Virus record (IMG/VR): IMGVR_UViG_3300037190_000626
Coordinates: 13,960-77,959 of that record
Length of the DNA: 64,000 nucleotides
Direction: 5' to 3' (one strand)
From: a virus
The notes beneath the pieces were generated by a model. It searched no databases. It was not told where the DNA came from and saw only the letters and a list, made by a program, of their open reading frames with translations. Positions 25,221 to 33,819 of this stretch are shown here, in pieces. Both the position numbers and the translations under genes were made by a program. Each line of letters opens with the position of its first letter. Position 1 is the stretch's first letter.

Positions 25221-27149
25221 ATGCGGATTAATACGGTTCGCCTTAAGAACTTTGGGCCGTACGAGGACGCGACATTTAACCTAAATCATGGATTGATTGG
25301 AATAGTAGGTCCCAATGGATGTGGGAAGTCGACCCTTGTAAACGGCATTTACGCCTGTCTGACGAATGATTTCTCTCGCTTTCACGGTGTGAAGGCGGAC
25401 ATTATTCGTGACACGGCTCCGGCAGATGCTGCCAGCTTCATTGAAGTGAATGGTGAGCATCAATCTGTAGAGTTCATACTGCGTCGTAATCTTCGTCCTA
25501 ATAGTGCGAAGTTGATTATCGCAGGCGAACGTGAATACAAGAAAGCCGTAGATATCGAGGAACGCTTGGTCAAGGATATCGGACTACACAAGAGATTGAT
25601 TGACACATATGTGTTTGTGAATCAGTGGAGTATGTTCGAGTTCCTGTCTCAGACAGACAGCAAGCGTGCTGAGTCTTTCCGCCACCTGTGCGGTACGGAG
25701 AAGTCAGCCGATATATATGATGCCTGTACGAAGTTCATGGCAAGTAGTGAATTGAATGTGGAGATCGTTGATAACAGCGATACTCTGGTAACTAATATCG
25801 CAGCTCTATCGAAGGAGATTGCGGAGGAAGAAGAAAAGCTCAAGGGGTTACAGGACCGACGATTGTCGGAGAATAGCCGTAACGGTGCTTTAGCAGTGGT
25901 TCAGAATCATGAGCGTCGAACGTCTCTGGTAAAGAAAATTGCTGAGTCTGAAGAGAATATACTGAGTTTCGAGAGTAGCTGGCATCTGCGAGAAGAGGAG
26001 CGCGTTGTCAGCGATAAAGCAATGTCTGCTGCCTGTCTGCGGACGGCTCAGACTCTAAAGAGTGTGGGTGCGGCGAATGCCTCCAAGGAGTTGTGGAATG
26101 TGTATAACGCTGCTGTGGCTGCGTGTGTGGCGTCTGTTCATCGCTTAGATACACACGAAAGCAAGAAGCCGGTTTTAGATTTGTCGCCCGAGGTTTGTCC
26201 CACGTGTTTGCAGGAGGTGAAGGGGGAGCATTTGGAAGCTGCACTTCGCAAGGACTTCGAGGAGAAGCTCGCCTCTTATGAGAAGACTCATTTGATTCTG
26301 ACAGAGCGGTGCACTCCCCCCGACTCCCCGACGTGTCCTTCCGAGGAGGAACTGGACATGATGCTGGAGTCGGCAAGTTACGACGAGAGAGTGCTCAAGG
26401 AGTGTGAGGCAGACTACAAGGAAAAGATGGATGCTGTTTCTTCGGTGTATTCGCGGTGGGAGCTAGAAAAGGAAGTAGAAGCTGCCGCTCACTTAGAACT
26501 CGAACAACTTCTTCCGACAACGGATGATCTTTATGACCGTGCGGTGGCTCGTCTTGCAGAGCACGAAGGACTGGCTACGGAGATAAGCGGCATAGAGGGA
26601 CGCATCAGCGCTAAGCAGGAGTCCCTCAGTGACTACCAGTCACTCTTAGACGAGCTTCGTGAGAAGATTGAGCGTCATAAGACTATGGGTGCGTTACGGG
26701 AGGTTGTGGGCGATGTCCGGGACGTGTTCCACTGGCAGAACCTACCGAAGAAGGTAGCGCAGGCAAATCTGATGGGTATTACTGGAGAGATCAACGAGGC
26801 TTTAGAGATTTTCGGCAGCCCTTTCTGGGTGGAGGCGGATGTAAACTTGTCATTCAAGGTGCATTTTCCTAATTCGCCTGCCCGGTCTGCCGGGTCTTTA
26901 AGTGGCGGCCAAAAGGCAGTTCTAGCTATCTGCTTTAGAGTAGCGGTTAATCGTTTGTTTGGTATGGATACTGGCATGATGTTTCTCGACGAACCTACTG
27001 CTGGTTTGGATAATGATAACGTCGAATATTTCCAAGGAGCGTTATCTGTTCTGGCGGCTGAGGTGCGTGATAAGCGACAATTAGTAATAATTACGCACGC
27101 TGCGGAATTGCGAGGAACGTTTGATCAGGTAATTGAGATGGGTGTATGA
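25221..27149 (+). CDS. SbcC/Rad50-like SMC ATPase
   Basis: GPNGCGKST, coiled coils, zinc hook CPTC, signature LSGGQ, Walker B FLDEPT, IITH. Confidence 0.92.
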   Translation: MRINTVRLKNFGPYEDATFNLNHGLIGIVGPNGCGKSTLVNGIYACLTNDFSRFHGVKADIIRDTAPADAASFIEVNGEHQSVEFILRRNLRPNSAKLIIAGEREYKKAVDIEERLVKDIGLHKRLIDTYVFVNQWSMFEFLSQTDSKRAESFRHLCGTEKSADIYDACTKFMASSELNVEIVDNSDTLVTNIAALSKEIAEEEEKLKGLQDRRLSENSRNGALAVVQNHERRTSLVKKIAESEENILSFESSWHLREEERVVSDKAMSAACLRTAQTLKSVGAANASKELWNVYNAAVAACVASVHRLDTHESKKPVLDLSPEVCPTCLQEVKGEHLEAALRKDFEEKLASYEKTHLILTERCTPPDSPTCPSEEELDMMLESASYDERVLKECEADYKEKMDAVSSVYSRWELEKEVEAAAHLELEQLLPTTDDLYDRAVARLAEHEGLATEISGIEGRISAKQESLSDYQSLLDELREKIERHKTMGALREVVGDVRDVFHWQNLPKKVAQANLMGITGEINEALEIFGSPFWVEADVNLSFKVHFPNSPARSAGSLSGGQKAVLAICFRVAVNRLFGMDTGMMFLDEPTAGLDNDNVEYFQGALSVLAAEVRDKRQLVIITHAAELRGTFDQVIEMGV

Positions 27150-28069
27150 ATGATGACCTCAGGGTACATACCGACGCCGATGGCATCGTGTGGTGCGGAC
27201 AACACGGAGTAGGGGCATATTGCACAGGCGATTCTCCGGATGAGTTTGTGACAAAGAATGTGTTCAAGACTGCGCCAGTTGTCCGTGCCATGGGCTCTTC
27301 GGAGAATAGCAAGTTGCTGTTGGCTATGTATGAACGACATAAAAAAGCACCTGTGCTGGCGAAGCGGCAGGTATTGTTGGCGAGTCCTATGATTTGTCAT
27401 ACGGAGAAAGTACGCGCCGATCCGGAAGAAGTTCTTTACCGTCTATGGCAGTCGGACACTACGGCGAGGGTTTCGGCAAATTGGCACCTTATGCGGTCTG
27501 TAGATTTTAATGCGTATTTGCTTCACCTTGCGGTGCTAGACAGTAAATACGCTGAAGGCGTCACCGACAAAGCAAAGATAATTTTTCAGTATCACCCCGC
27601 GTTTAATGCGATTTCATTCTTTGAGAATGTGGATGTAGATTCTGTAGTTTCTTTGTTGTCGTCAATTTTAGACCCCCGTTGGTATGTACACGCAGAGCGA
27701 CCAAATAGGTTGTCAAAGTTGTTATGTTTCTTAGGGCTGACGATTAGAAATTTTGATGAGTCTTCTGCGACCTTGGGAGGGTACAATTATGATAGAGCTT
27801 GTATGGTACATTCTAGCTGGAGCGGATTAGACAGACGTCCAGTGGATTACACGTCCCCGCGTAGTTTTTTGTGGCGGATTTATCGTCATCACGGAGGGGG
27901 CGATAAGGGCAGCTTACGGGCTTCTGAGGCGTTTATGCGTTTTGTTACTTTACACTGGCTTCAAGGGTTGAGTGGTTCTTCACGTAGACTATTTGACCCT
28001 TCGCTGTTTTTTAAGACGAATGATGAGGTCGTGGCGTATAACACGCACATGACCGGTATACGGAGTTAG
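27146..28069 (+). CDS. Hypothetical protein with an IS110-transposase/Nop-like helical segment
   Basis: AISFFENVDVDSVVSLLSSILDPRWY...LSKLLCFLGL resembles the IS110 consensus SIPGIGxxxAxxLLAEIGDxxRF...LxxYxGL. Confidence 0.45.
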   Translation: MNDDLRVHTDADGIVWCGQHGVGAYCTGDSPDEFVTKNVFKTAPVVRAMGSSENSKLLLAMYERHKKAPVLAKRQVLLASPMICHTEKVRADPEEVLYRLWQSDTTARVSANWHLMRSVDFNAYLLHLAVLDSKYAEGVTDKAKIIFQYHPAFNAISFFENVDVDSVVSLLSSILDPRWYVHAERPNRLSKLLCFLGLTIRNFDESSATLGGYNYDRACMVHSSWSGLDRRPVDYTSPRSFLWRIYRHHGGGDKGSLRASEAFMRFVTLHWLQGLSGSSRRLFDPSLFFKTNDEVVAYNTHMTGIRS

Positions 28070-28074
28070 CTTTA

Positions 28075-28650
28075 ATGACTATGCGGGAGTTGACAGTGCG
28101 TATTCGTTTTGTGTCGCCTTCTCTGGGAAACCAGAAAATGGGAGACGGCTCAGGACGATTTGTTTTTCAAAGAAGCCCCACTGGCGGGATTATATTTTTA
28201 CCCAGCTGGCACAACGCGAATATGCGTATGGCGGCCCAACTTTTAAATAGACACCAAAAAGCAGTACAGGACATACACTGGGATATAAATGTGGACGGAC
28301 TGCTACACAGCAATCCGTGGCATAAGAATCATTACCGTTCCGCCAAAAGTCAGAAGCTGCGGTATTCTCTTCATGAGGCGTTTAACGTAGGACAAATCAT
28401 AGGTTTAAACTGCATCGTACCTTCGGTGATAAAAGAAGAAGACTTTTGGCAGTTGATGGGTAAAGCAGGCCAGTACAAGGGCCTCTCTCCGTGGAAGCCG
28501 GGAGAGCATGGATTTTATGAAGTGGTCTCTATTCGACCACGACGAATGAATCGTTCTACGGATGACGATGCGCAATTGTCAGTTACGGATGACCAAGAAG
28601 CTGGTACTGCGAATACTAAAATAGAAAGAGCCGATCAGTCTGATGACTGA
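28075..28650 (+). CDS. Second RAMP/Cas7-like protein
   Basis: N-terminal LTVRIRFVSPSLG, IIFLPSWHNANMRMA, HEAFNVG, and C-terminal G-loop AGQYKGLSPWKPGEHGFYEV. Confidence 0.55.
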   Translation: MTMRELTVRIRFVSPSLGNQKMGDGSGRFVFQRSPTGGIIFLPSWHNANMRMAAQLLNRHQKAVQDIHWDINVDGLLHSNPWHKNHYRSAKSQKLRYSLHEAFNVGQIIGLNCIVPSVIKEEDFWQLMGKAGQYKGLSPWKPGEHGFYEVVSIRPRRMNRSTDDDAQLSVTDDQEAGTANTKIERADQSDD

Positions 28651-28772
28651 CCGGCTCTCTCGTGGCGGATGGTTGGTTCCGGTGTGTTCTAGGGAGGTGG
28701 CAATTCCCCGAGGGACCCAACTACTTATATATTTTAAGCATAAAAGAGAGGGTGTGCAACATAAGGTATAGT

Positions 28773-30281
28773 ATGTCAAGATCAAAAAATGAAAAAATTG
28801 TGACGCTATTGAAGCATGGAAATAGGCTATTGGTAGAGCCTACCACCCCAAAAATACTGGATATTTTGTCATCAGAGCTTACTTTTACAGAGACAAGCAT
28901 GGTGCGGGGATGGGAAGCTAAACAACGTAGAAGAGAAGGTAGGTCCGTTATGGACTATATCGATCACCCGTTGTTTGTATTGGACCATAAGTCGAGAATT
29001 GCCTGTCCTTATGGGTTTTGGAAGCGTATTAAGGTGGCTTTGTCTGGTGCGGGTTATTCCGTGCGATTCAAAGATTTGGCTCCGCACAGTAACCCGGCGG
29101 TGTTTGAGCCTTACTGGCAAAACATTAAAGGTATTGAACTTCGGGAAGGGCAGGACGAGTTTTTATTACAAGTTTTATCTAATCGGTGTGGACGCTTTGA
29201 TTGTCCTCCGGGTTACGGCAAGTCTTTTTTAATTGGACTTGTAGGTTGCTTGTTACCTAAGGCTCGTATCGATGTAGTTACTACCCGGGTCTCTGTGCTG
29301 CGTGATCGTATATTTCCTGAGCTTTCTCAGTTGTGCGGTGACGTGGGTATTGTGGGTGGCGGTAAGAGACGTATCGGCAGGCGTATTATGTGCTACACGG
29401 CGGCGTCTATGCACCACGCCACTGGCGACGCAGACATTCTGTTTGGAGACGAATGCCACGAGCTGGGAGCTGACAGGGCATCTCAGAATCTCATGCGATG
29501 GGATACGAGTAGAAACTTCGGGTTGTCTGCCAGCCACGATAAGCGAATCGACGGAAAGGATCTTCGAGTTGAGGGTATCTTTGGACCCGTGGTGCACAAG
29601 GTAGATTACGAGACTGCGAAACAGAACGGACTGGTCCTACCTATTCATGTTAACTGGTCTAACGTTGTCATGGATTACGATCCTTGCGGCGGCAGACACG
29701 ATGTGGAGAAGAAGCGGCGAGGCATATGGTGCAACCAAGTTCGAAATAGTATCATCGCAGAGGACGCGCAAAGATACTCGGACGATCAGCAAGTTTTAAT
29801 CACTTGTGAGACTATCCAGCACGCAATGAACTTGAAATCCCTGTTGCCGGAGTTTACTCTTGTATACAGGGAGGGATCGTTAACCTATGCAGATAGAGCT
29901 CGTTACGCACGTCAAGGACTTATCGAGCCGGACGAGCGCTTAATGGATCTTAAGCGTAGAATTTGGCTTACCAAAAGTTTTGAGCGTGGTGAGCTTAAGA
30001 AAGTTATTTGTACAACTGTGTGGAACGTGGGTGTATCTTTTAACTCTCTTGAAGTGCTTATCCGAGCTGACGCTGGCGGTAGTCCTATTAACGATGTACA
30101 GATTCCCGGCAGGGTTTCTCGTATAAGTGAAGGGAAGGAAGTCGGTACTGTGCACGATTATCTGGACCAGTTTAATTCTGGTTTCAAACGTCGAGCCAAG
30201 AACCGCAGTAAGACGTATAAAGAGAATAACTGGGAGCAAAGCTTCCCCCGAGAAGGTTTAATTGAGGAGTACTTAGCATGA
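28773..30281 (+). CDS. Superfamily 2 helicase (UvsW/XPB-like)
   Basis: PPGYGKS, DECH, GLSAS, QIPGRVSR motifs. Start moved to ATG 28773. Confidence 0.88.
   Translation: MSRSKNEKIVTLLKHGNRLLVEPTTPKILDILSSELTFTETSMVRGWEAKQRRREGRSVMDYIDHPLFVLDHKSRIACPYGFWKRIKVALSGAGYSVRFKDLAPHSNPAVFEPYWQNIKGIELREGQDEFLLQVLSNRCGRFDCPPGYGKSFLIGLVGCLLPKARIDVVTTRVSVLRDRIFPELSQLCGDVGIVGGGKRRIGRRIMCYTAASMHHATGDADILFGDECHELGADRASQNLMRWDTSRNFGLSASHDKRIDGKDLRVEGIFGPVVHKVDYETAKQNGLVLPIHVNWSNVVMDYDPCGGRHDVEKKRRGIWCNQVRNSIIAEDAQRYSDDQQVLITCETIQHAMNLKSLLPEFTLVYREGSLTYADRARYARQGLIEPDERLMDLKRRIWLTKSFERGELKKVICTTVWNVGVSFNSLEVLIRADAGGSPINDVQIPGRVSRISEGKEVGTVHDYLDQFNSGFKRRAKNRSKTYKENNWEQSFPREGLIEEYLA
28822..28852 (+). repeat. 31-bp exact dispersed repeat, copy 2
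   Basis: Identical to 22416-22446. Confidence 0.85.
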
Positions 30282-31114
30282 TCAATGCTCGTACACACCG
30301 AAAGCAGCCAATGCCGGGGACGGAGTCCAAGTCAGTTCGATTGTCTAATCAACTGGCGCCAGCCGAGGAGCGGCTAAGCGACGACTTAAAGAAAACGTAC
30401 ACGCTGGAACGTCGTCTTTTGGACGAGCGGTGTGGTCGTAGTCGTGGTCGTCCTTACAGTCCGTCCCCACGATACGATGGGGAGGATACAAGGGCAACGA
30501 TTGAGGATATTCAACGAAAGCCGGAGAACACGTGGGTGAAAGTGGTGCGGGAACTTTGGCCCGCGAATGTTCACCCGTGTATTTATGTCCGGACTATTTT
30601 TCGCGGTATAGGCGGGACTGCTATGGCACCGCCGTATCCTCATCAACTTTTGAGTAAGAAGTGGAAAGAATTTTTCCACGCGGAGAGCGCCAGATTAATT
30701 GATGAAATTCCTGCGGGGTTTTCCCGGCAATCAGAATTTTCTGCCTCCTCCATCTTGCGAAGTCAGCGTATATTGGGGTATGACTTACAACAGTCTGTGT
30801 ACTATTTGTTGACGGACCGGCTGGCTCCTTTGACTTCGCTTTACCGCCATAGTTTAGCGAAGTCAATGTTACGGGAGCCAAACTTGTCGAAGATTGATCG
30901 TCCTGCATTGTTCGAGGGTGTGGCAGCCAGAACAGAGCGGCAGGCAGTCATTCAGTACACGCAATTCAGTGCTCAATACGCAGAGCACTGGAGGTTGATT
31001 CTTCCGGATGGCTTCCGGGAGACGGCGGAAAGGATTTACGGCGGATTATTGACGGTGTGTTTAAATGAGGGAGAGTTCGATGTCAAAACAGCGGTCACGG
31101 TTGACCGCTCGTGA
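30278..31114 (+). CDS. Hypothetical protein in the replication operon
   Basis: 278-aa ORF with an ATGA overlap. Confidence 0.6.
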   Translation: MINARTHRKQPMPGTESKSVRLSNQLAPAEERLSDDLKKTYTLERRLLDERCGRSRGRPYSPSPRYDGEDTRATIEDIQRKPENTWVKVVRELWPANVHPCIYVRTIFRGIGGTAMAPPYPHQLLSKKWKEFFHAESARLIDEIPAGFSRQSEFSASSILRSQRILGYDLQQSVYYLLTDRLAPLTSLYRHSLAKSMLREPNLSKIDRPALFEGVAARTERQAVIQYTQFSAQYAEHWRLILPDGFRETAERIYGGLLTVCLNEGEFDVKTAVTVDRS

Positions 31115-32768
31115 AATCAGACAATGCTTAAAGGTATTGTGTAGAAGTACGGAGCTATTTTCGTTATTTCACGAGCAACTTGAAGTTAACCACTTCAAAG
31201 GTTTTGAGATCTATCAGCTCGTATACCGTGTGCTAACTAATTTTTATGGGGAGCATACTGAGCTACCCGGTCCCGGTGTCGTGTGGACCGAGTGTGACTC
31301 TATCCTTGAACAAATGCCAGAGCATTTTACAGGGGGAGAGCTTGAGGATCTTGAAGAATTTTTAAATGACACATACGAATCTGAAGAGTGGACTGGCGTT
31401 GTTGAGGATAAACAGCAAGTCCGCTGGGCGCTTAATAAGGTTCGTGATTTTATTGAAGAGCGCGTAATTACGGACTGTGTGGCTCCCTTATTGGGTGGCC
31501 CTACGGTTCCGATAGACTTACCTGACTTTTTGGTTCAGATGGGTGACCGTGTCACACAGATACAATCCATCGAGGAGCAGGAAGAAGGTAATTTAACATT
31601 CGGCAGTGACTGGGATAAGCGGGCTGGACTTCCTATACGTTCTACAGGCTTGTCGTATCTCGATGAGTTCATGTCTGGCGGTCACTGTGTTGGGGAAGTG
31701 TATGGCATTTTAGCGCCATACGGTACTTGTAAGACCACGTTGGCTACTATGCTGGCGTGTAATGAAGCGAGACATGCGCAGCAGGAGTATGACCCAACAC
31801 GTCCAGATCGGTGCGGTATTTCGGTGATTGTTTCTTATGAGGCTCCTAAGCAGCCTGAGTTACATCACCGTTTTTTAATGTACCTTGCACAGATACGCCG
31901 AGATTCTTTGGAGGCTATGGGTGCTGATGGACTTAGCAGCCTAGGCGGTGACGTGGATAACCCGTTACCTTACGAGAAAGAATTATTTTATCAGCATATT
32001 CAAGATCAGATGTTTATACCGGAAGCCACACGAGCACTTCAGTGTGTGGACTTACTAAATAAACATTGTCTTGTGTTGGATATGACTGGTAATGATCCCA
32101 CTTACCCCGGTGCGGGCGGTGGGGGGCTTAAGGAAATAAGTCGACGGATTCGACTTGAGCTTGCAAGGCGAGGCCCTGAGTACTATCTCACTTCAGTGGT
32201 GATTGACTACGTAGGAGCTTTGGTTAAGCGAGCGATGGCTGTATCTAATGAGGATAGCAACGAGCTTCGCCATCACATTACTAAAGTTCCGTTACTCGCG
32301 AGGAACGAGATTGCGACGGAATTTAAATGTCCGGTGTGGTTAGTACACCAGCTTTCTGGTCAAGCAAATTCAGTGCTTAAACCGGGGGCTTCGTTGCACC
32401 ATACCGATTCTGCGGAGTCTAAGAGCTTCGCGGAAAACTTAGATTTTGCCTTCGTGATAGGTAATCTTAACGCGGATAATATGGGACAGATAGCTTGCAC
32501 TAAGCACCGACGCGCAGCGAACGCACCACCTAAAGTGATTCAGGTGGATGGTATGTTCAATACTGTGTTGGCGCGAGATGACATGTTTGTCGATTCTCAT
32601 ACACGTGCCATTTTGGATAAAGATACTGCTAGCACTGCGGGTGTCGTTTCGTCACCCAGCTCAGTAGATTATTCCGCAAATGACTTAATGATGGATGACA
32701 ATGAAATGACATGGGAACAAGAAAATGAGTCAAATGACCCCGGAGGCGACGAATTCAGTTTTGAATAG
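31080..32768 (+). CDS. DnaB-like replicative helicase
   Basis: STGLSYLDEFMSGG, Walker A APYGTCKTT, VVIDY, VWLVHQL, KHR; adjacent to the primase. Confidence 0.8.
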   Translation: MSKQRSRLTAREIRQCLKVLCRSTELFSLFHEQLEVNHFKGFEIYQLVYRVLTNFYGEHTELPGPGVVWTECDSILEQMPEHFTGGELEDLEEFLNDTYESEEWTGVVEDKQQVRWALNKVRDFIEERVITDCVAPLLGGPTVPIDLPDFLVQMGDRVTQIQSIEEQEEGNLTFGSDWDKRAGLPIRSTGLSYLDEFMSGGHCVGEVYGILAPYGTCKTTLATMLACNEARHAQQEYDPTRPDRCGISVIVSYEAPKQPELHHRFLMYLAQIRRDSLEAMGADGLSSLGGDVDNPLPYEKELFYQHIQDQMFIPEATRALQCVDLLNKHCLVLDMTGNDPTYPGAGGGGLKEISRRIRLELARRGPEYYLTSVVIDYVGALVKRAMAVSNEDSNELRHHITKVPLLARNEIATEFKCPVWLVHQLSGQANSVLKPGASLHHTDSAESKSFAENLDFAFVIGNLNADNMGQIACTKHRRAANAPPKVIQVDGMFNTVLARDDMFVDSHTRAILDKDTASTAGVVSSPSSVDYSANDLMMDDNEMTWEQENESNDPGGDEFSFE

Positions 32769-33819
32769 TCAGTTGTATCTTGCTTGTAAGCAAGTTTTCA
32801 GCCACGTCAAAGTTCAAAATCAAGGACAATCACAGCAGCGGTCCTTAACGTACGATCTTGTGACTAATAAGCACAAGCCGTCCGTAGAATACTCAGGAGA
32901 GTATTATATTGTTAGCTGTCCATTCTGTGCAGATACCCGTTTTAGACTTTACATAAACCACCGGTTCGGCGTTAAAGACGAATTCGGTCGTGAGGAGCTT
33001 CATCTCGCTCATTGCTTTAATGACGATTGCTTGAGCGTTTATGATAACCGAGTCAAGCTGCACGATATGGTGAAAGGGCGTTATCGTTTCGCACCCGTGG
33101 TGAGACCCGGAGTCGAAATAGACGTTTCCGATTTTGTGGCTAAGTGGCCCGGCACTGTGAAGCGTGTGGATGCTTTGGAAGACAACCACCCTGCTCGTGC
33201 TTACCTGCGGTCGAGAAGTTTTGACCCAGATAGAATTGCGCGTTTTTACAATGTGCACTTCTGTGAGCAGAGCGACCGATGGTTGTGCAATAATCGGCTG
33301 ATTATCCCCATCTATCACGACCGTGAGATGCGTGGATGGCAGGCGAGATACGTGGGTGAACTCAATTGGAAAGATCCTGAGACTCCGCCCAAGTACTATA
33401 CGTGTCCCGGCACTAAACGTAGCCAGATGTTGTACAACCTTGCGAACGCCTCCCGCTATGAGACAGGCGTAATCGTGGAGGGCGTAACAGACGTGTGGGC
33501 GTTTGGACCGATGTCGGTATGCACATTGGGGGCGAGCATGACAGCTCGTCAGCAGAGCTTGTTTGTTTCTGCCTTTGAGAGGCATACAGGCGTTTTATTG
33601 TATGACCCGGAAGAGATGGAAAAGCCTGCTATTCAGAAATTGATTTCTGATTTGAAAGGTAAGTGTGGTGGTGGTTTTGCCGCTGTAACGCTTCCGGCAG
33701 GTGTTGACCCGGGTCAAATGGATAGGCAGCTTATGCGTGATTTCGTATCGCAGGAAGCTGCGAAACAGGGCTGCACAGTTAGTTGGGCTAAACGAAGTGA
33801 GGAGAATAAAGATGGCTAG
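32725..33819 (+). CDS. DNA primase (zinc finger + TOPRIM)
   Basis: CPFC...HCFNDDC, RLIIPI...GWQAR, PKYY, IVEGVTDV, DPG. Confidence 0.88.
   Translation: MSQMTPEATNSVLNSQLYLACKQVFSHVKVQNQGQSQQRSLTYDLVTNKHKPSVEYSGEYYIVSCPFCADTRFRLYINHRFGVKDEFGREELHLAHCFNDDCLSVYDNRVKLHDMVKGRYRFAPVVRPGVEIDVSDFVAKWPGTVKRVDALEDNHPARAYLRSRSFDPDRIARFYNVHFCEQSDRWLCNNRLIIPIYHDREMRGWQARYVGELNWKDPETPPKYYTCPGTKRSQMLYNLANASRYETGVIVEGVTDVWAFGPMSVCTLGASMTARQQSLFVSAFERHTGVLLYDPEEMEKPAIQKLISDLKGKCGGGFAAVTLPAGVDPGQMDRQLMRDFVSQEAAKQGCTVSWAKRSEENKDG

Noticed and set aside
27146-28069. Active IS110 insertion sequence
   Set aside because: No N-terminal DEDD RuvC motif, no non-coding ends, and the gene is tightly coupled to its neighbours.
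32893-33585. 230-aa minus-strand ORF and similar antisense ORFs (41835-42380, 48350-48871)
   Set aside because: These are shadow frames of well-supported + strand genes, with no recognisable motifs.
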